Below are positions 11,565 to 20,621 of a stretch of DNA of 64,000 nucleotides, piece by piece (positions within the stretch are counted from its first letter, which is position 1; the number at the start of each line of letters is the position of its first letter). A program made the position numbers and the translations under genes. A model generated the notes under the pieces. It was not told the origin of the DNA and ran no database searches. It saw only the letters and a list, made by a program, of their open reading frames with translations. Origin of the DNA: an uncultured Actinomycetota bacterium (GTDB lineage: Bacteria; Actinomycetota; Actinomycetes; Mycobacteriales; Mycobacteriaceae); the NCBI GenBank assembly GCA_963795995.1, contig CAWCJY010000005.1:44726-108725 (forward strand), read 5' to 3'.

Positions 11565-12149
11565 TCAACCGTTATTGCCGATCAGCTCCACGCTGTCGCC
11601 GTTCCAGTGAAACTTGACCACGCTCACCAGCCCGACGCCGGTGGTGTAGGACAACGCCACGGTGTCACCCGTGCATTGAGCAGGGTCGATTCCGTTGAAT
11701 CCGAACGTGTCGGGTGTCCCTTGCGGAATGTACTTGCCGAGATGAAACATCACCGCCCGGGTGTTCGGGTTGTCGGCGTTGGTATTGGCTTTGATGATCA
11801 CGGCCGACAGCTGAGCGCATTCGTTGAAGTTGCCCGCCAGCGGTTCCGGGCTCCAGGGCTGCTGGCTGCGCGGATCGCGAGGCAGTTCGGAGACCGCCCT
11901 GGCGACGGCAGGCGCGGCAAGATCGGTGGCGCACGGATCGGCCGCGGCGGCGGGGGTGCTGGTAGGCGGCGCGGCGATCGTCGGCGGCGGGGCCGGTGGG
12001 CTCGACGTGGCGGGCGGCCGCGACGGGGCAGCTTGCGGGGTCTTGGCGACGGTGGAGTCGCCCGACCCGCACGCTGTCGACATCGCTAGCACCGATGCGG
12101 CGACCGCGATCCCCGTGATCGTCCGTGCCCGCCCCGATAGCCACCACAC
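11565..12149 (-). CDS. lprE: lipoprotein, LprE-like
   Basis: The ORF-track start (12269) lies inside the tandem repeat. The in-frame GTG at 12149 gives VWWLSGRARTITGIAVAASVLAMSTAC, a basic n-region, hydrophobic core and Cys lipobox, and a ~194-aa product (Rv1252c is about 200 aa). It has a Pro/Ala/Thr-rich mature N-terminus. Confidence 0.6.
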   Translation of the reverse strand: MWWLSGRARTITGIAVAASVLAMSTACGSGDSTVAKTPQAAPSRPPATSSPPAPPPTIAAPPTSTPAAAADPCATDLAAPAVARAVSELPRDPRSQQPWSPEPLAGNFNECAQLSAVIIKANTNADNPNTRAVMFHLGKYIPQGTPDTFGFNGIDPAQCTGDTVALSYTTGVGLVSVVKFHWNGDSVELIGNNG

Positions 12150-12223
12150 ACGGGGCACCGTACCGTCGTCACGTCCGCCTGCGTGGCAGGCGTGGCCGTG
12201 CGCCGCGCATCCATCACCGCCGA

Positions 12224-12370
12224 CCCGGCGCGCTCGGCGGCGCCGAGCTCGCGACACCACGAGGCTCATTGGTGGTGACCCGCCGCGCTCGGCGCCGCCG
12301 AGCTCGCGACACCACGAGGCTCAATGGTGGTGACCCGCCGCGCTCGGCGCCGCCGAGCTCGCGACACCAC
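12224..12370. repeat. 55-bp tandem repeat, about 2.7 copies (MIRU/VNTR-like) in the lprE-deaD divergent intergenic region
   Basis: Copy 1 is 12224-12278, copy 2 is 12279-12333, and partial copy 3 is 12334-12370. The unit is cccgccgcgctcggcgccgccgagctcgcgacaccacgaggctcaatggtggtga. Copies differ by only a few bases, and each full unit carries (A/T)TGGTGGTGA. Confidence 0.9.
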
Positions 12371-12386
12371 TAAACTCACTGTTCAA

Positions 12387-14102
12387 ATGGCTGCTCCTGA
12401 CAATCCGACAATGACCTCTTCCGTGTCATTCGCCGACCTGCAGATCCACCCGTTGGTTGTGCGGGCAGTCGTCGACGTGGGCTATGAGTCGCCGTCAGCC
12501 ATCCAGGCGGCAACGATCCCTGCGCTGATGGCGGGTTCTGACGTGGTGGGGCTCGCGCAGACGGGCACCGGCAAGACGGCGGCGTTCGCCCTGCCGATTC
12601 TGTCCAAGATCGACCTGAAAAATACCGCCACTCAAGCTCTGGTACTGGCGCCGACCCGCGAGCTGGCTTTGCAGGTCGCCGAGGCGTTCAGCCGCTACGG
12701 TGGGCAACTGCCGCAGCTCAACGTGTTGCCGATCTACGGCGGGTCGTCCTACGGCGTTCAACTGGCCGGTCTCAGACGCGGCGCCCACGTCGTGGTCGGT
12801 ACTCCCGGCCGCGTCATCGACCACCTCGAACGCGGCACGCTGGATTTGTCGAAAGTCGACTACCTCGTACTCGACGAGGCCGACGAGATGCTCAGCATGG
12901 GCTTCGCCGAGGACGTCGAGAGAATCTTGTCCGAAACCCCGGAATACAAGCAGGTCGCCCTGTTTTCAGCGACCATGCCGCCGGCGATTCGCAAGATCAC
13001 CGCGAAATACTTGCACGACCCGCTCGAGGTCTCGTCGGAGACGAAAACTGCTACGGCAGAGAACATTTCGCAGCATTTCATCCAGGTCGCCGGTCCACGC
13101 AAGATGGATGCCCTGACCCGGGTGCTCGAGGTCGAGCCTTTCGAGGCGATGATCGTTTTCGTCCGCACCAAGCAGGCCACCGAGGAGGTTGCCGAAAAAC
13201 TGCGCGCGCGAGGGTTTTCCGCGGCCGCTATCAATGGCGACATTCTGCAGGCGCAGCGGGAACGGACCATCGCCGCGCTGCGGGACGGCTCTGTCGAAAT
13301 CTTGGTTGCAACCGATGTGGCCGCCCGCGGCCTGGACGTGGAACGGATATCACACGTCCTCAACTACGACATCCCACACGACACCGAGTCCTACGTGCAT
13401 CGGATCGGGCGCACCGGCCGGGCCGGCCGATCGGGCACCGCGCTGCTGTTCGTCTCGCCGCGGGAACGCCATCTGCTCAAGTCCATCGAGAAAGCCACGC
13501 GCCGCAAACTCACCGAAGCGCAACTTCCCACGGTCGAAGACGTCAACGCCCAGCGGGTCACGAAATTCGCCGACTCCATCACCGACGCGCTGGGCTCGCC
13601 GGGTATCGAGTTGTTCCGCAAGCTGGTCGAGGACTACGAACGTGACCACGACGTTCCGATGGCCGACATTGCTGCGGCCTTGGCCGTGCAGTCCCGCGAC
13701 GGCGAGGCGTTTCTCATGGCACCGGAGCCACCGCCCGAGCGACGCAAGACCGACCGAGGCGATGAGGCATCGCGCAAGCCCGGAAAAGACCGAAAAACCA
13801 GATCAGACAAGGACTTCGCCAGCTATCGCATCGCGGTGGGCAAGCGGCATAAGGTCGGCCCCGGTGCGATCGTAGGAGCAATAGCCAACGAGGGCGGTTT
13901 GCACCGCAGCGACTTCGGCCACATCACCATCGGCCCGGACTTCTCCCTGGTCGAACTGCCGGCCCAGCTGCCCCCGACGACACTGAAGGCGCTGGAACGC
14001 ACCCGCATCTCCGGGGTGCTGATCAACTTGCGACCCGACCGGCCGCGAGGCGGCGACCGGCGCCGCGACGGCGGAAAGCCCAAGCGGAAACATGCCCGGT
14101 GA
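12387..14102 (+). CDS. deaD: DEAD-box ATP-dependent RNA helicase DeaD/CsdA
   Basis: Motifs AQTGTGKT (Walker A), VLDEADEML (DEAD), SAT and HRIGRTGRAG, with a basic C-terminal tail. The start was moved from 12324 (inside the repeat) to ATG 12387 (MAAPDNPTMTSSVSFADL...), giving 571 aa against about 563 aa for Rv1253. Confidence 0.92.
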   Translation: MAAPDNPTMTSSVSFADLQIHPLVVRAVVDVGYESPSAIQAATIPALMAGSDVVGLAQTGTGKTAAFALPILSKIDLKNTATQALVLAPTRELALQVAEAFSRYGGQLPQLNVLPIYGGSSYGVQLAGLRRGAHVVVGTPGRVIDHLERGTLDLSKVDYLVLDEADEMLSMGFAEDVERILSETPEYKQVALFSATMPPAIRKITAKYLHDPLEVSSETKTATAENISQHFIQVAGPRKMDALTRVLEVEPFEAMIVFVRTKQATEEVAEKLRARGFSAAAINGDILQAQRERTIAALRDGSVEILVATDVAARGLDVERISHVLNYDIPHDTESYVHRIGRTGRAGRSGTALLFVSPRERHLLKSIEKATRRKLTEAQLPTVEDVNAQRVTKFADSITDALGSPGIELFRKLVEDYERDHDVPMADIAAALAVQSRDGEAFLMAPEPPPERRKTDRGDEASRKPGKDRKTRSDKDFASYRIAVGKRHKVGPGAIVGAIANEGGLHRSDFGHITIGPDFSLVELPAQLPPTTLKALERTRISGVLINLRPDRPRGGDRRRDGGKPKRKHAR

Positions 14103-15301
14103 CCGTGCCTGATAGCACCACCGATCAAGGCGGCCTCGAACAGGTTTCTGGAGTCGACCGGGTCGCATCCCTGACCGGTATCCGTGCGGTGGCAGCTCTT
14201 CTCGTGGTCGCCACCCACGCGGCGTACACCACCGGCAAGTACACCCACGGTTATTACGGTCTGCTGTGCGCCCGGACGGAGATCGGGGTACCCATTTTCT
14301 TTGTGCTGTCCGGCTTTTTGTTGTTTCGGCCATGGGTCCGGTCGGCCGCTGACGGCATCCCACCGCCGTCGGCCAGCAGTTATGCCCGGCACCGGTTCCG
14401 CCGAATAATGCCGGCCTACGCGGTCACCGTGTTGGTGGCCTATCTCGTCTACCACTACCGCACCGTCTGGCCGAACCCTGGTCACACCGCCATGGGCCTG
14501 CTGCGCAACCTCACCCTGACGCAGATCTACAGCGACCACTACCTGAGTTCCTATGTGCATCAGGGCCTTACCCAGATGTGGAGTCTCTCGGTCGAGGTGG
14601 CGTTCTATCTGGTGCTGCCCGCGCTGGCCTACCTGCTGCTGACACTGGTATGTCAGCGCAGATGGCAGCCGGTGCGGTTACTAACCGGGCTGGCAGGTTT
14701 GGCGGCGATCACGCCGGCGTGGTTCACCCTGGTCTACACCGCCGCATGGTTGCCTCATGCCGCCCCGCTGTGGCTGCCCAGTTACCTAATCTGGTTCCTC
14801 GCCGGGATGGTCTTAGCGGTGCTGCAGGCGATGGGAATGCGCTGTTATGCGCTGGTGGCGCTGCCATTGGCCGCGGTCAGTTATCTCATCGTCGCCACCC
14901 CGCTTGGCGGTGCGCCGACAACGTCGCCACCCGGGCTGACGGCGGCGTTGGTCAAGTCGACGTTCTATGCCGTCATCGCTGCCCTGGCGGTAGCCCCATT
15001 GGCCCTGGGTAATTGCGGCTGGTATGCGCGAGTGCTGGCCAGCAGGCCGATGGTGTGGCTGGGCGAGATTTCCTACGAGATCTTTCTCATCCATCTGGTG
15101 ACCATGGAAATCGTCATGGTCGACGTCGTGCGGTACCACATCTATACGGGCTCGATGCTCAACCTTTTCATCACCACCCTGGCTGTGACGATCCCGCTGG
15201 CGTGGCTTCTGCACCGGTTCACTGCGCCGAGGGTGAACCACACGACGGGTGCTCGGCGTGTCACGTCGTCCACTGCACAGTCGCCGGCCCAATCGAGGTA
15301 G
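14099..15301 (+). CDS. membrane acyltransferase (acyltransferase-3 family), Rv1254-like
   Basis: 400-aa polytopic hydrophobic ORF (GIRAVAALLVVATHA..., FFVLSGFLL). The GTG start overlaps the deaD stop (GTGA at 14099-14102). Confidence 0.85.
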   Translation: MTVPDSTTDQGGLEQVSGVDRVASLTGIRAVAALLVVATHAAYTTGKYTHGYYGLLCARTEIGVPIFFVLSGFLLFRPWVRSAADGIPPPSASSYARHRFRRIMPAYAVTVLVAYLVYHYRTVWPNPGHTAMGLLRNLTLTQIYSDHYLSSYVHQGLTQMWSLSVEVAFYLVLPALAYLLLTLVCQRRWQPVRLLTGLAGLAAITPAWFTLVYTAAWLPHAAPLWLPSYLIWFLAGMVLAVLQAMGMRCYALVALPLAAVSYLIVATPLGGAPTTSPPGLTAALVKSTFYAVIAALAVAPLALGNCGWYARVLASRPMVWLGEISYEIFLIHLVTMEIVMVDVVRYHIYTGSMLNLFITTLAVTIPLAWLLHRFTAPRVNHTTGARRVTSSTAQSPAQSR

Positions 15302-15339
15302 GTTACCCTGCCCTAAGTCGACGGAAAGGGTGCCGGGAC

Positions 15340-16056
15340 ATGGCCGAGCAGGCATCGTCGAGGGGCTGGCAGGGTGCGGTCTTGAAGCTGCTGCGGGCCG
15401 GCGACTATCGGCTCACCATGACCGGCCGCCGCGAGATCGGCCCGCACTACCTGCGGCTGAGCTTCAATGCCGGGGGAATGCTCACCGACCGTGTCGCGCA
15501 TCCGACGATGTGGATCCGGCTGTGGTTCGCCGACGCCAACAAGCTGCACCAACGCGGCTACACGCTGGTGAACCCTGATCCCGCGGCTGACACCGTGGAC
15601 ATCGAGTTCGCGCTTCACGACGGCGTCGCGTCGCGGTGGGCGCAAGCGGCGGACATCGGTGACACCATCGAGGCGACGGTGCTGGGCAGCAAGTTCGCGA
15701 TCCCCGAGCCCCGTCCGGCCGGCTACGTCATCGTCGGGGACACCGCCTCGCTGCCGGCGATCAACTCGCTGCTCACCGCAATAGGCGACGCACCGGCCCA
15801 GGTCTTTCTCGAAGCCGGCTACGACGATGACAGGAAGCTTCCGGTGCTGCGCCGGGCCGGACTGACCTGGATCGACCGCAAAAACGGCGGTGAAGCGCTG
15901 GTGCAGGCGGTCAGCTCGGCGGCGTTCGACGCCGCTGACCACTTCGGTTGGGTCGCCTGCGACAGCCGCACTACCCGAGCGGTGACCAAGGTGCTGCGCG
16001 AAGAATTCGGTATACCCCGGAAAAGCATCAAGGCGCAGGCCTATTGGGTCGCTTGA
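15340..16056 (+). CDS. siderophore-interacting protein (FAD-binding 9 / SIP family)
   Basis: An internal ATG at 15340 gives a 238-aa product. It has the family pattern LTMTGRREIGPHYLRLSF, RGYTLV, GDTASLPAINSLL and C-terminal ...KAQAYWVA. The upstream part of the 347-aa ORF overlaps the acyltransferase. Confidence 0.8.
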   Translation: MAEQASSRGWQGAVLKLLRAGDYRLTMTGRREIGPHYLRLSFNAGGMLTDRVAHPTMWIRLWFADANKLHQRGYTLVNPDPAADTVDIEFALHDGVASRWAQAADIGDTIEATVLGSKFAIPEPRPAGYVIVGDTASLPAINSLLTAIGDAPAQVFLEAGYDDDRKLPVLRRAGLTWIDRKNGGEALVQAVSSAAFDAADHFGWVACDSRTTRAVTKVLREEFGIPRKSIKAQAYWVA

Positions 16057-16637
16057 CCGATCGTGTGGTCGACGGGCACCAGGATCGGGATGACGAATTC
16101 CTCGACCATCGCCGCCTCGTCGGCGTCGTCGCGGCCGGGAAACAACAGCAGCGATGTGATGACCCGCACCAGCCAGCGGGCGCGGCGTTCGATGGTGGTT
16201 GCATCGCCGGGGCCCAGTGAGTTGAGGAAGCCGGCGGCCAAGGCTCTGATCACCTCGGATTGCTCGGCGATCGCACCGCCGATCGGCGGTTGTGTGGTGG
16301 CGAACCACGAGGCGAGCGCGGGGCTTTCCCGAACCATGCGCAGCGTGGTCGTCACGCCGACAATTAGTCGTTGACGGGGATGATCGATGCCGCTGATCTG
16401 CTCTTTGATCTCGTCGTGCAGCCGATAGGTCTCGCGATGCACGTACGCGCGCCGCAGGGCATCGCGATTTTCGAAATATCGATATAGCGTGGCGCGCGAA
16501 CATCCCGCGGCGCCGGCGATTTCGTTCATGCCGATGGAACCGGGATCGTGCTCGGTGAAGAGTCCCTCGGCGGCATCCAGAATCCGGTCGGCGGCCACTT
16601 CGGTGCGATGTGACGCCAGCCAGTCCCGTCCCGCCAT
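16041..16637 (-). CDS. TetR family transcriptional regulator, Rv1255c-like
   Basis: The ATG at 16637 gives 198 aa with HTH MNEIAGAAGCSRATLYRYFENRDAL. Its ATG shares one base with the cyp130 stop (TGATG), which suggests co-transcription. Confidence 0.88.
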   Translation of the reverse strand: MAGRDWLASHRTEVAADRILDAAEGLFTEHDPGSIGMNEIAGAAGCSRATLYRYFENRDALRRAYVHRETYRLHDEIKEQISGIDHPRQRLIVGVTTTLRMVRESPALASWFATTQPPIGGAIAEQSEVIRALAAGFLNSLGPGDATTIERRARWLVRVITSLLLFPGRDDADEAAMVEEFVIPILVPVDHTIGQATQ

Positions 16638-17860
16638 CACGACCTCACGTGGAACGGCATTGATAGCGGGCGCCGCACATAACTGCCACCGGCCCAGACG
16701 ATGCCGGACTCGTCGACCTCGAAGTCCGGGCAGCGCGACAACAGCTCGCTCAGCGCGACTTCCGACTGCATCCGCGCCGCCGCCGCGCCGAGACAGTGAT
16801 GAGCGCCGTGGCTGAACGTGAGAATGTTGCGCGGGCACCGCGTCACGTCCAAATCGCCGGCGTCACCGCCGTACTGACGCTCGTCTCGGTTTCCCGAGCC
16901 GTAGAGCAGCAGCACTCGGCGGCCGGCCGGGACCGTGGTGTCACCGATCGTCACGTCTCGGGTGGCTGTGCGGGCCAGAGCCTGCACCGGAGAGGTCATC
17001 CGCAGCAGTTCCTCGACGGCGTCGTGGATCAGTGCCCGGTCATTGGCCAGCAGCTGGCGTTGATCGGGCCGCTGATGCAGCAATTGTGTTGTGCCGCCCA
17101 GCATCCCGGTGGTCGTATCGTTGCCGCCGGTGACCATCGTGAAGGTGAACGCCAATATCGACAGCGTGCCGGCGATGTTGCCGTCGGCCTCGACACCGGC
17201 CGCGACGAGATGCGACACGGTGTCGTCCTCGGGCTCGGTGCGGCGTCGTTCGATCAATTCGGCGAAGTAAGCCATCATCGAGCCGACCGCGTCGCCGGCA
17301 CCGGCAACACCGCCCGCGGCCGTGTTAGCCGCGACGATCGCTTCGGTCCAGCCGTCGAACCGGGTTCGATCCTCCTCTGGGACGCCCAGATAATGCGCGA
17401 CGACCATCGAGGGAAGCGGTTTGAACAACTCGGCGACGATATCGCCGCCGCCGTCTGCGCGCAGCCGCTCGATGCGCTGAACCACGAACTCGCGCACCTT
17501 GGGCTCGACTGCCCGGACCTGCCTCGGCGTGAACCCACGCGACACCAGTTTGCGGAACTCGGTGTGCACCGGCGGGTCCTGCATGACCATCGGCGGGTTG
17601 TCTCGCAATCCGATCAGATCGAGCTCGCCATAGTTGACGGTCAAACCTTGGGCTGACGAGAACGTTTCGTGGTCGCGGGCAGCTGTCCAGATGTCGGCGT
17701 GCCGGGAGAGCACGTAGAAGTCCTGGTCGGGCCTGCCGTCGGGAATGACGTGATGTACCGGGTCGTGGTCTCGCAGCGCCTGGTACATCGGCCAGGGATT
17801 GGACCACGTCTCGGCATCAGCAAGGCGAAATTCGGGCTTATGAGACAAACCCGCTGTCAT
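16637..17860 (-). CDS. cyp130: cytochrome P450, CYP130-like
   Basis: 407 aa. The heme-thiolate loop is FSHGAHHCLGAAAARM (FxxGxxxCxG), the EXXR motif is EELLR, and the I-helix is TGGNDTT. Position matches Rv1256c. Confidence 0.9.
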   Translation of the reverse strand: MTAGLSHKPEFRLADAETWSNPWPMYQALRDHDPVHHVIPDGRPDQDFYVLSRHADIWTAARDHETFSSAQGLTVNYGELDLIGLRDNPPMVMQDPPVHTEFRKLVSRGFTPRQVRAVEPKVREFVVQRIERLRADGGGDIVAELFKPLPSMVVAHYLGVPEEDRTRFDGWTEAIVAANTAAGGVAGAGDAVGSMMAYFAELIERRRTEPEDDTVSHLVAAGVEADGNIAGTLSILAFTFTMVTGGNDTTTGMLGGTTQLLHQRPDQRQLLANDRALIHDAVEELLRMTSPVQALARTATRDVTIGDTTVPAGRRVLLLYGSGNRDERQYGGDAGDLDVTRCPRNILTFSHGAHHCLGAAAARMQSEVALSELLSRCPDFEVDESGIVWAGGSYVRRPLSMPFHVRS

Positions 17861-17907
17861 GTCTTATTGATATGACGGCAGTCTACAAATGTCAAACGCC
17901 CGACGCG

Positions 17908-18357
17908 TCACTCGATCGGCGTCTTCCCGTCTTCGAATTCCAGTTGGTGCCGCAGCTCCTCGGCCGCCGCTTGCACATTGCGGCCCACGATGCCGCGGCC
18001 GATGACCTCGCTGAGCCGGGCGACGCCCAGCCCGGTCAGCGAAAACCTCAACGTCGCGGTAAAGCGGCTGCCGTGACCGTCGCCTTCAGCTCGCGCTTCG
18101 AACGAGTGGCGGGTGCCGCGCAGCGATCGCCACGACAGCTGATGGTGGCCGGAAGTCACCAACACCCGGCCGCCGACGAAAAGCGTGCCGCTGGCCAGGA
18201 AGACGTCCCACAGCTGGTCTCCGCCGCTATCCCCGAGGTATTCACAGCGGCCTACCGTGGCCAGCACCGGGATGAACCGGTGTGGATCGGCCACGAAAGC
18301 CCCGACCTCTTCGACCGGCCGGCGGATGTGCTTGTCGACGGTGACAGTTTGCGTCAT
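17908..18357 (-). CDS. SRPBCC (polyketide cyclase/dehydrase-like) family protein
   Basis: 149-aa ORF of typical size and beta-rich pattern for SRPBCC/START-like proteins, lying 4 bp downstream of the acyltransferase gene. The assignment is by eye only. Confidence 0.6.
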   Translation of the reverse strand: MTQTVTVDKHIRRPVEEVGAFVADPHRFIPVLATVGRCEYLGDSGGDQLWDVFLASGTLFVGGRVLVTSGHHQLSWRSLRGTRHSFEARAEGDGHGSRFTATLRFSLTGLGVARLSEVIGRGIVGRNVQAAAEELRHQLEFEDGKTPIE

Positions 18358-18361
18358 CGGA

Positions 18362-19171
18362 TCATCGGATCATCGGTACGACGGTTTTGCTGGCCAATCT
18401 TGAGAGGCCGACCTGCATGGCACTGGTGACGTATTCATAGGCGAGGTCCCAGTCGGGCTCTTGACCGAAGCGGGCGCGCAGGTCGATGGGGTCCAGCACC
18501 TGTATGCGGATCTTCGCCGGAAGGGGAAAGAACGGCAACGGGACCGGCAGCAGCCCCCACGGGAGGCTGATTGTCAGGGGCACCGTCTTGACGCGCAGGA
18601 ACTTGTCGAATCGCAGTGCCTTGGCGGTACGCCGGCCGTCATTCAGCACGATGAGGGTGTCGTGACCGCCGGTTGCCACGACCGGCACTATCTTGACGTT
18701 GCAACGATGGGCAAGCTGCAGGAAACCTTTGCGGCCGTCGAACATGATTCGGTTGCGGTCCCGCCAGGGACGCAGGGCCTCGACGTCGCCGCCCGGATAC
18801 ACCAGCGCAGAGCCGCCGCTGGTGAACACTTTCTCGGCGAAGGAATGGTCGGCGGGAACCACGCCGAACCTGCGCATGAGCCGGCCGACCCCGGGCGCCT
18901 TGGTCAAGAAGTCATGCGCCAGGGCGTAGAGGGGTCGACCTTCGACGGTGAAGTACGTGTTGTAGGCCAGCAGCAGAATCGAGGTGTCGGGCGTCGCGCC
19001 GCCGCCGCTGTGGTTGCCGACGAACAGCACCGGCTCGTCTGGAACTTTTTCGAAGCCGTCGACCTCGGCGCGAAACCACACGCTCGCCGCGAGCCACAGC
19101 GTGGGCAACATCGTGCGGATGTACTGCGGGTCGCGTTCACGCAACTCCACCGGCAGCGTCGTCTTCGTCAC
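18362..19171 (-). CDS. lysophospholipid/glycerol-3-phosphate acyltransferase family protein (PlsC-like)
   Basis: 269 aa with an acyltransferase block (PVLFVGNHSGGGATPD) and a later VYPGG / GF..LA pattern typical of this family. Confidence 0.75.
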   Translation of the reverse strand: MTKTTLPVELRERDPQYIRTMLPTLWLAASVWFRAEVDGFEKVPDEPVLFVGNHSGGGATPDTSILLLAYNTYFTVEGRPLYALAHDFLTKAPGVGRLMRRFGVVPADHSFAEKVFTSGGSALVYPGGDVEALRPWRDRNRIMFDGRKGFLQLAHRCNVKIVPVVATGGHDTLIVLNDGRRTAKALRFDKFLRVKTVPLTISLPWGLLPVPLPFFPLPAKIRIQVLDPIDLRARFGQEPDWDLAYEYVTSAMQVGLSRLASKTVVPMIR

Positions 19172-19197
19172 ACCGCCACGTTAGCCGGTTGGGGGAG

Positions 19198-20565
19198 TCA
19201 AACACCGGCGCCCGGGTTGAGGATGCCGTCTGGATCCAGCGCCTCTTTGATGCGGCGATTGAGCGCCATCGCGTCCGGACCCAGGTAGCCGGCCAGCCAG
19301 GGCCGCTTCAGCCGCCCGACGCCATGCTCGCCGGTGATCGTGCCGCCCAGTTCAGTGGCGAGATTCATGATCTCCCCGTAGGCGAGCTGGGCTTGCTCGG
19401 TCATCACCGGGTCGGCCGGGTCGTACACGATCAGCGGATGGGTGTTTCCATCGCCGGCGTGAGCGATCACCGAAATCAGCAGCCGGCGTTCGGCGGCGAT
19501 GTGTGCGACCCCGGCCACCAGGTCGGCCAGTGCGGGCAACGGAACCCCGACGTCCTCCAGCAGCAGCGGACCTTTGGCCTCCACCGCCGGGATCGCGAAG
19601 CGGCGGGCAGCGACGAACGCCTCACCCTCTTCCGGGTCGTCGGTCGAAAACACTTCGGTCGCGCCGTGTTCACCGAAGACCTCAGCGATGAGTGCGGCAT
19701 CGTCGCTGCCGGCCTGCCCGCGTTCGTCGGAGGCCGCCAGCAGCATCGCGGCCGCGCCGCGGTCCAGGCCCATCCGCAGCTTGTCCTCGACGGCGTTGAT
19801 CGCGACCGAGTCCATGAACTCCAGCATCGCCGGGCGGGTCCGGCTGGTCACCGCCAGCACCGCCTCGGCGGCGGCCTCCACCGTCGCAAAATTGGCGACC
19901 ACCGTGCTCATCGGCTGCTGCGGCGGCACGAGTCGCAGCGTCACCTCGGTGATCACCCCCAGCGCGCCCTCGCTCCCGACGAACAGCTTGGTCAGGGAAA
20001 GCCCGGCGACATCTTTGAGCCGGGGACCGCCAAGCCGAACCGCGCTGCCGTCGGCCAGCACGACCTGCAAGCCCAGCACATAGTCGGTGGTGACGCCGTA
20101 TTTGACGCAGCACAGCCCGCCGGCGTTGGTGGCGATGTTGCCGCCGATGCTGCAGATCTCCCACGACGACGGGTCGGGCGGATACCACAAGCCGTACTCT
20201 GCGACGGTGCGCTTCACTTCGGCGTTGAGCAGGCCGGGCTGCACCACCGCGATGCGGGTGACCGAATCGACGACGATGTCCCGCATCTTCTCCGTCGACA
20301 GCACAATTCCGTTGTCGACGGCGGTAGCCCCGCCCGAGAGGCCGGACCCCGCCCCGCGGGTCACCACCGGGATGCGGTGCGCGGCGGCCCACCGCAGGAC
20401 GGTTTGCACATCCTCGGTGCGGCGTGGACGCACCACGGCCAAAGGCTTTCCGGCGGACGGGTCGAAGGCGCGATCCTGCCGGTAGGACTCGGTGACGGCC
20501 GGATCGGTTACGAGCATGCCCTCCGGCAGTTCGGCGGCCAGGTCGGCCAACACATCGGCGCCCAC
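19198..20565 (-). CDS. FAD-linked oxidase (GlcD-like, D-lactate/glycolate oxidase family), Rv1257c-like
   Basis: The in-frame GTG at 20565 gives 455 aa, the length I recall for Rv1257c. It has a PCMH-type FAD-binding domain (VVTRGAGSGLSGGA) and C-terminal GTITGEHGVGRLK. The upstream 120 aa of the ORF are Arg-rich junk. Confidence 0.88.
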   Translation of the reverse strand: MGADVLADLAAELPEGMLVTDPAVTESYRQDRAFDPSAGKPLAVVRPRRTEDVQTVLRWAAAHRIPVVTRGAGSGLSGGATAVDNGIVLSTEKMRDIVVDSVTRIAVVQPGLLNAEVKRTVAEYGLWYPPDPSSWEICSIGGNIATNAGGLCCVKYGVTTDYVLGLQVVLADGSAVRLGGPRLKDVAGLSLTKLFVGSEGALGVITEVTLRLVPPQQPMSTVVANFATVEAAAEAVLAVTSRTRPAMLEFMDSVAINAVEDKLRMGLDRGAAAMLLAASDERGQAGSDDAALIAEVFGEHGATEVFSTDDPEEGEAFVAARRFAIPAVEAKGPLLLEDVGVPLPALADLVAGVAHIAAERRLLISVIAHAGDGNTHPLIVYDPADPVMTEQAQLAYGEIMNLATELGGTITGEHGVGRLKRPWLAGYLGPDAMALNRRIKEALDPDGILNPGAGV

Positions 20566-20621
20566 GCCTAACGATCCTACGGAGGCCGGGAACACAGCCC
20601 GGCGCAATCGGTACCGGCGGG

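Noticed and set aside
12269-12324. ORF-track start codons of lprE (12269) and deaD (12324) inside the repeat.
   Set aside because: They would add Arg-rich, repeat-encoded N-terminal extensions. Internal starts give a proper lipoprotein signal peptide (GTG 12149) and a canonical DeaD N-terminus (ATG 12387).
12224-12370. Could the tandem repeat be a small CRISPR array?
   Set aside because: The units are directly adjacent with no unique spacers and a 55-bp period, and there are no cas genes in the window. It is a VNTR/MIRU-type repeat.
16041-16056. 16-nt 3'-end overlap of the convergent SIP gene and TetR gene, considered as an antisense regulatory device.
   Set aside because: Short convergent overlaps are common in compact GC-rich genomes. 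There is no additional evidence.
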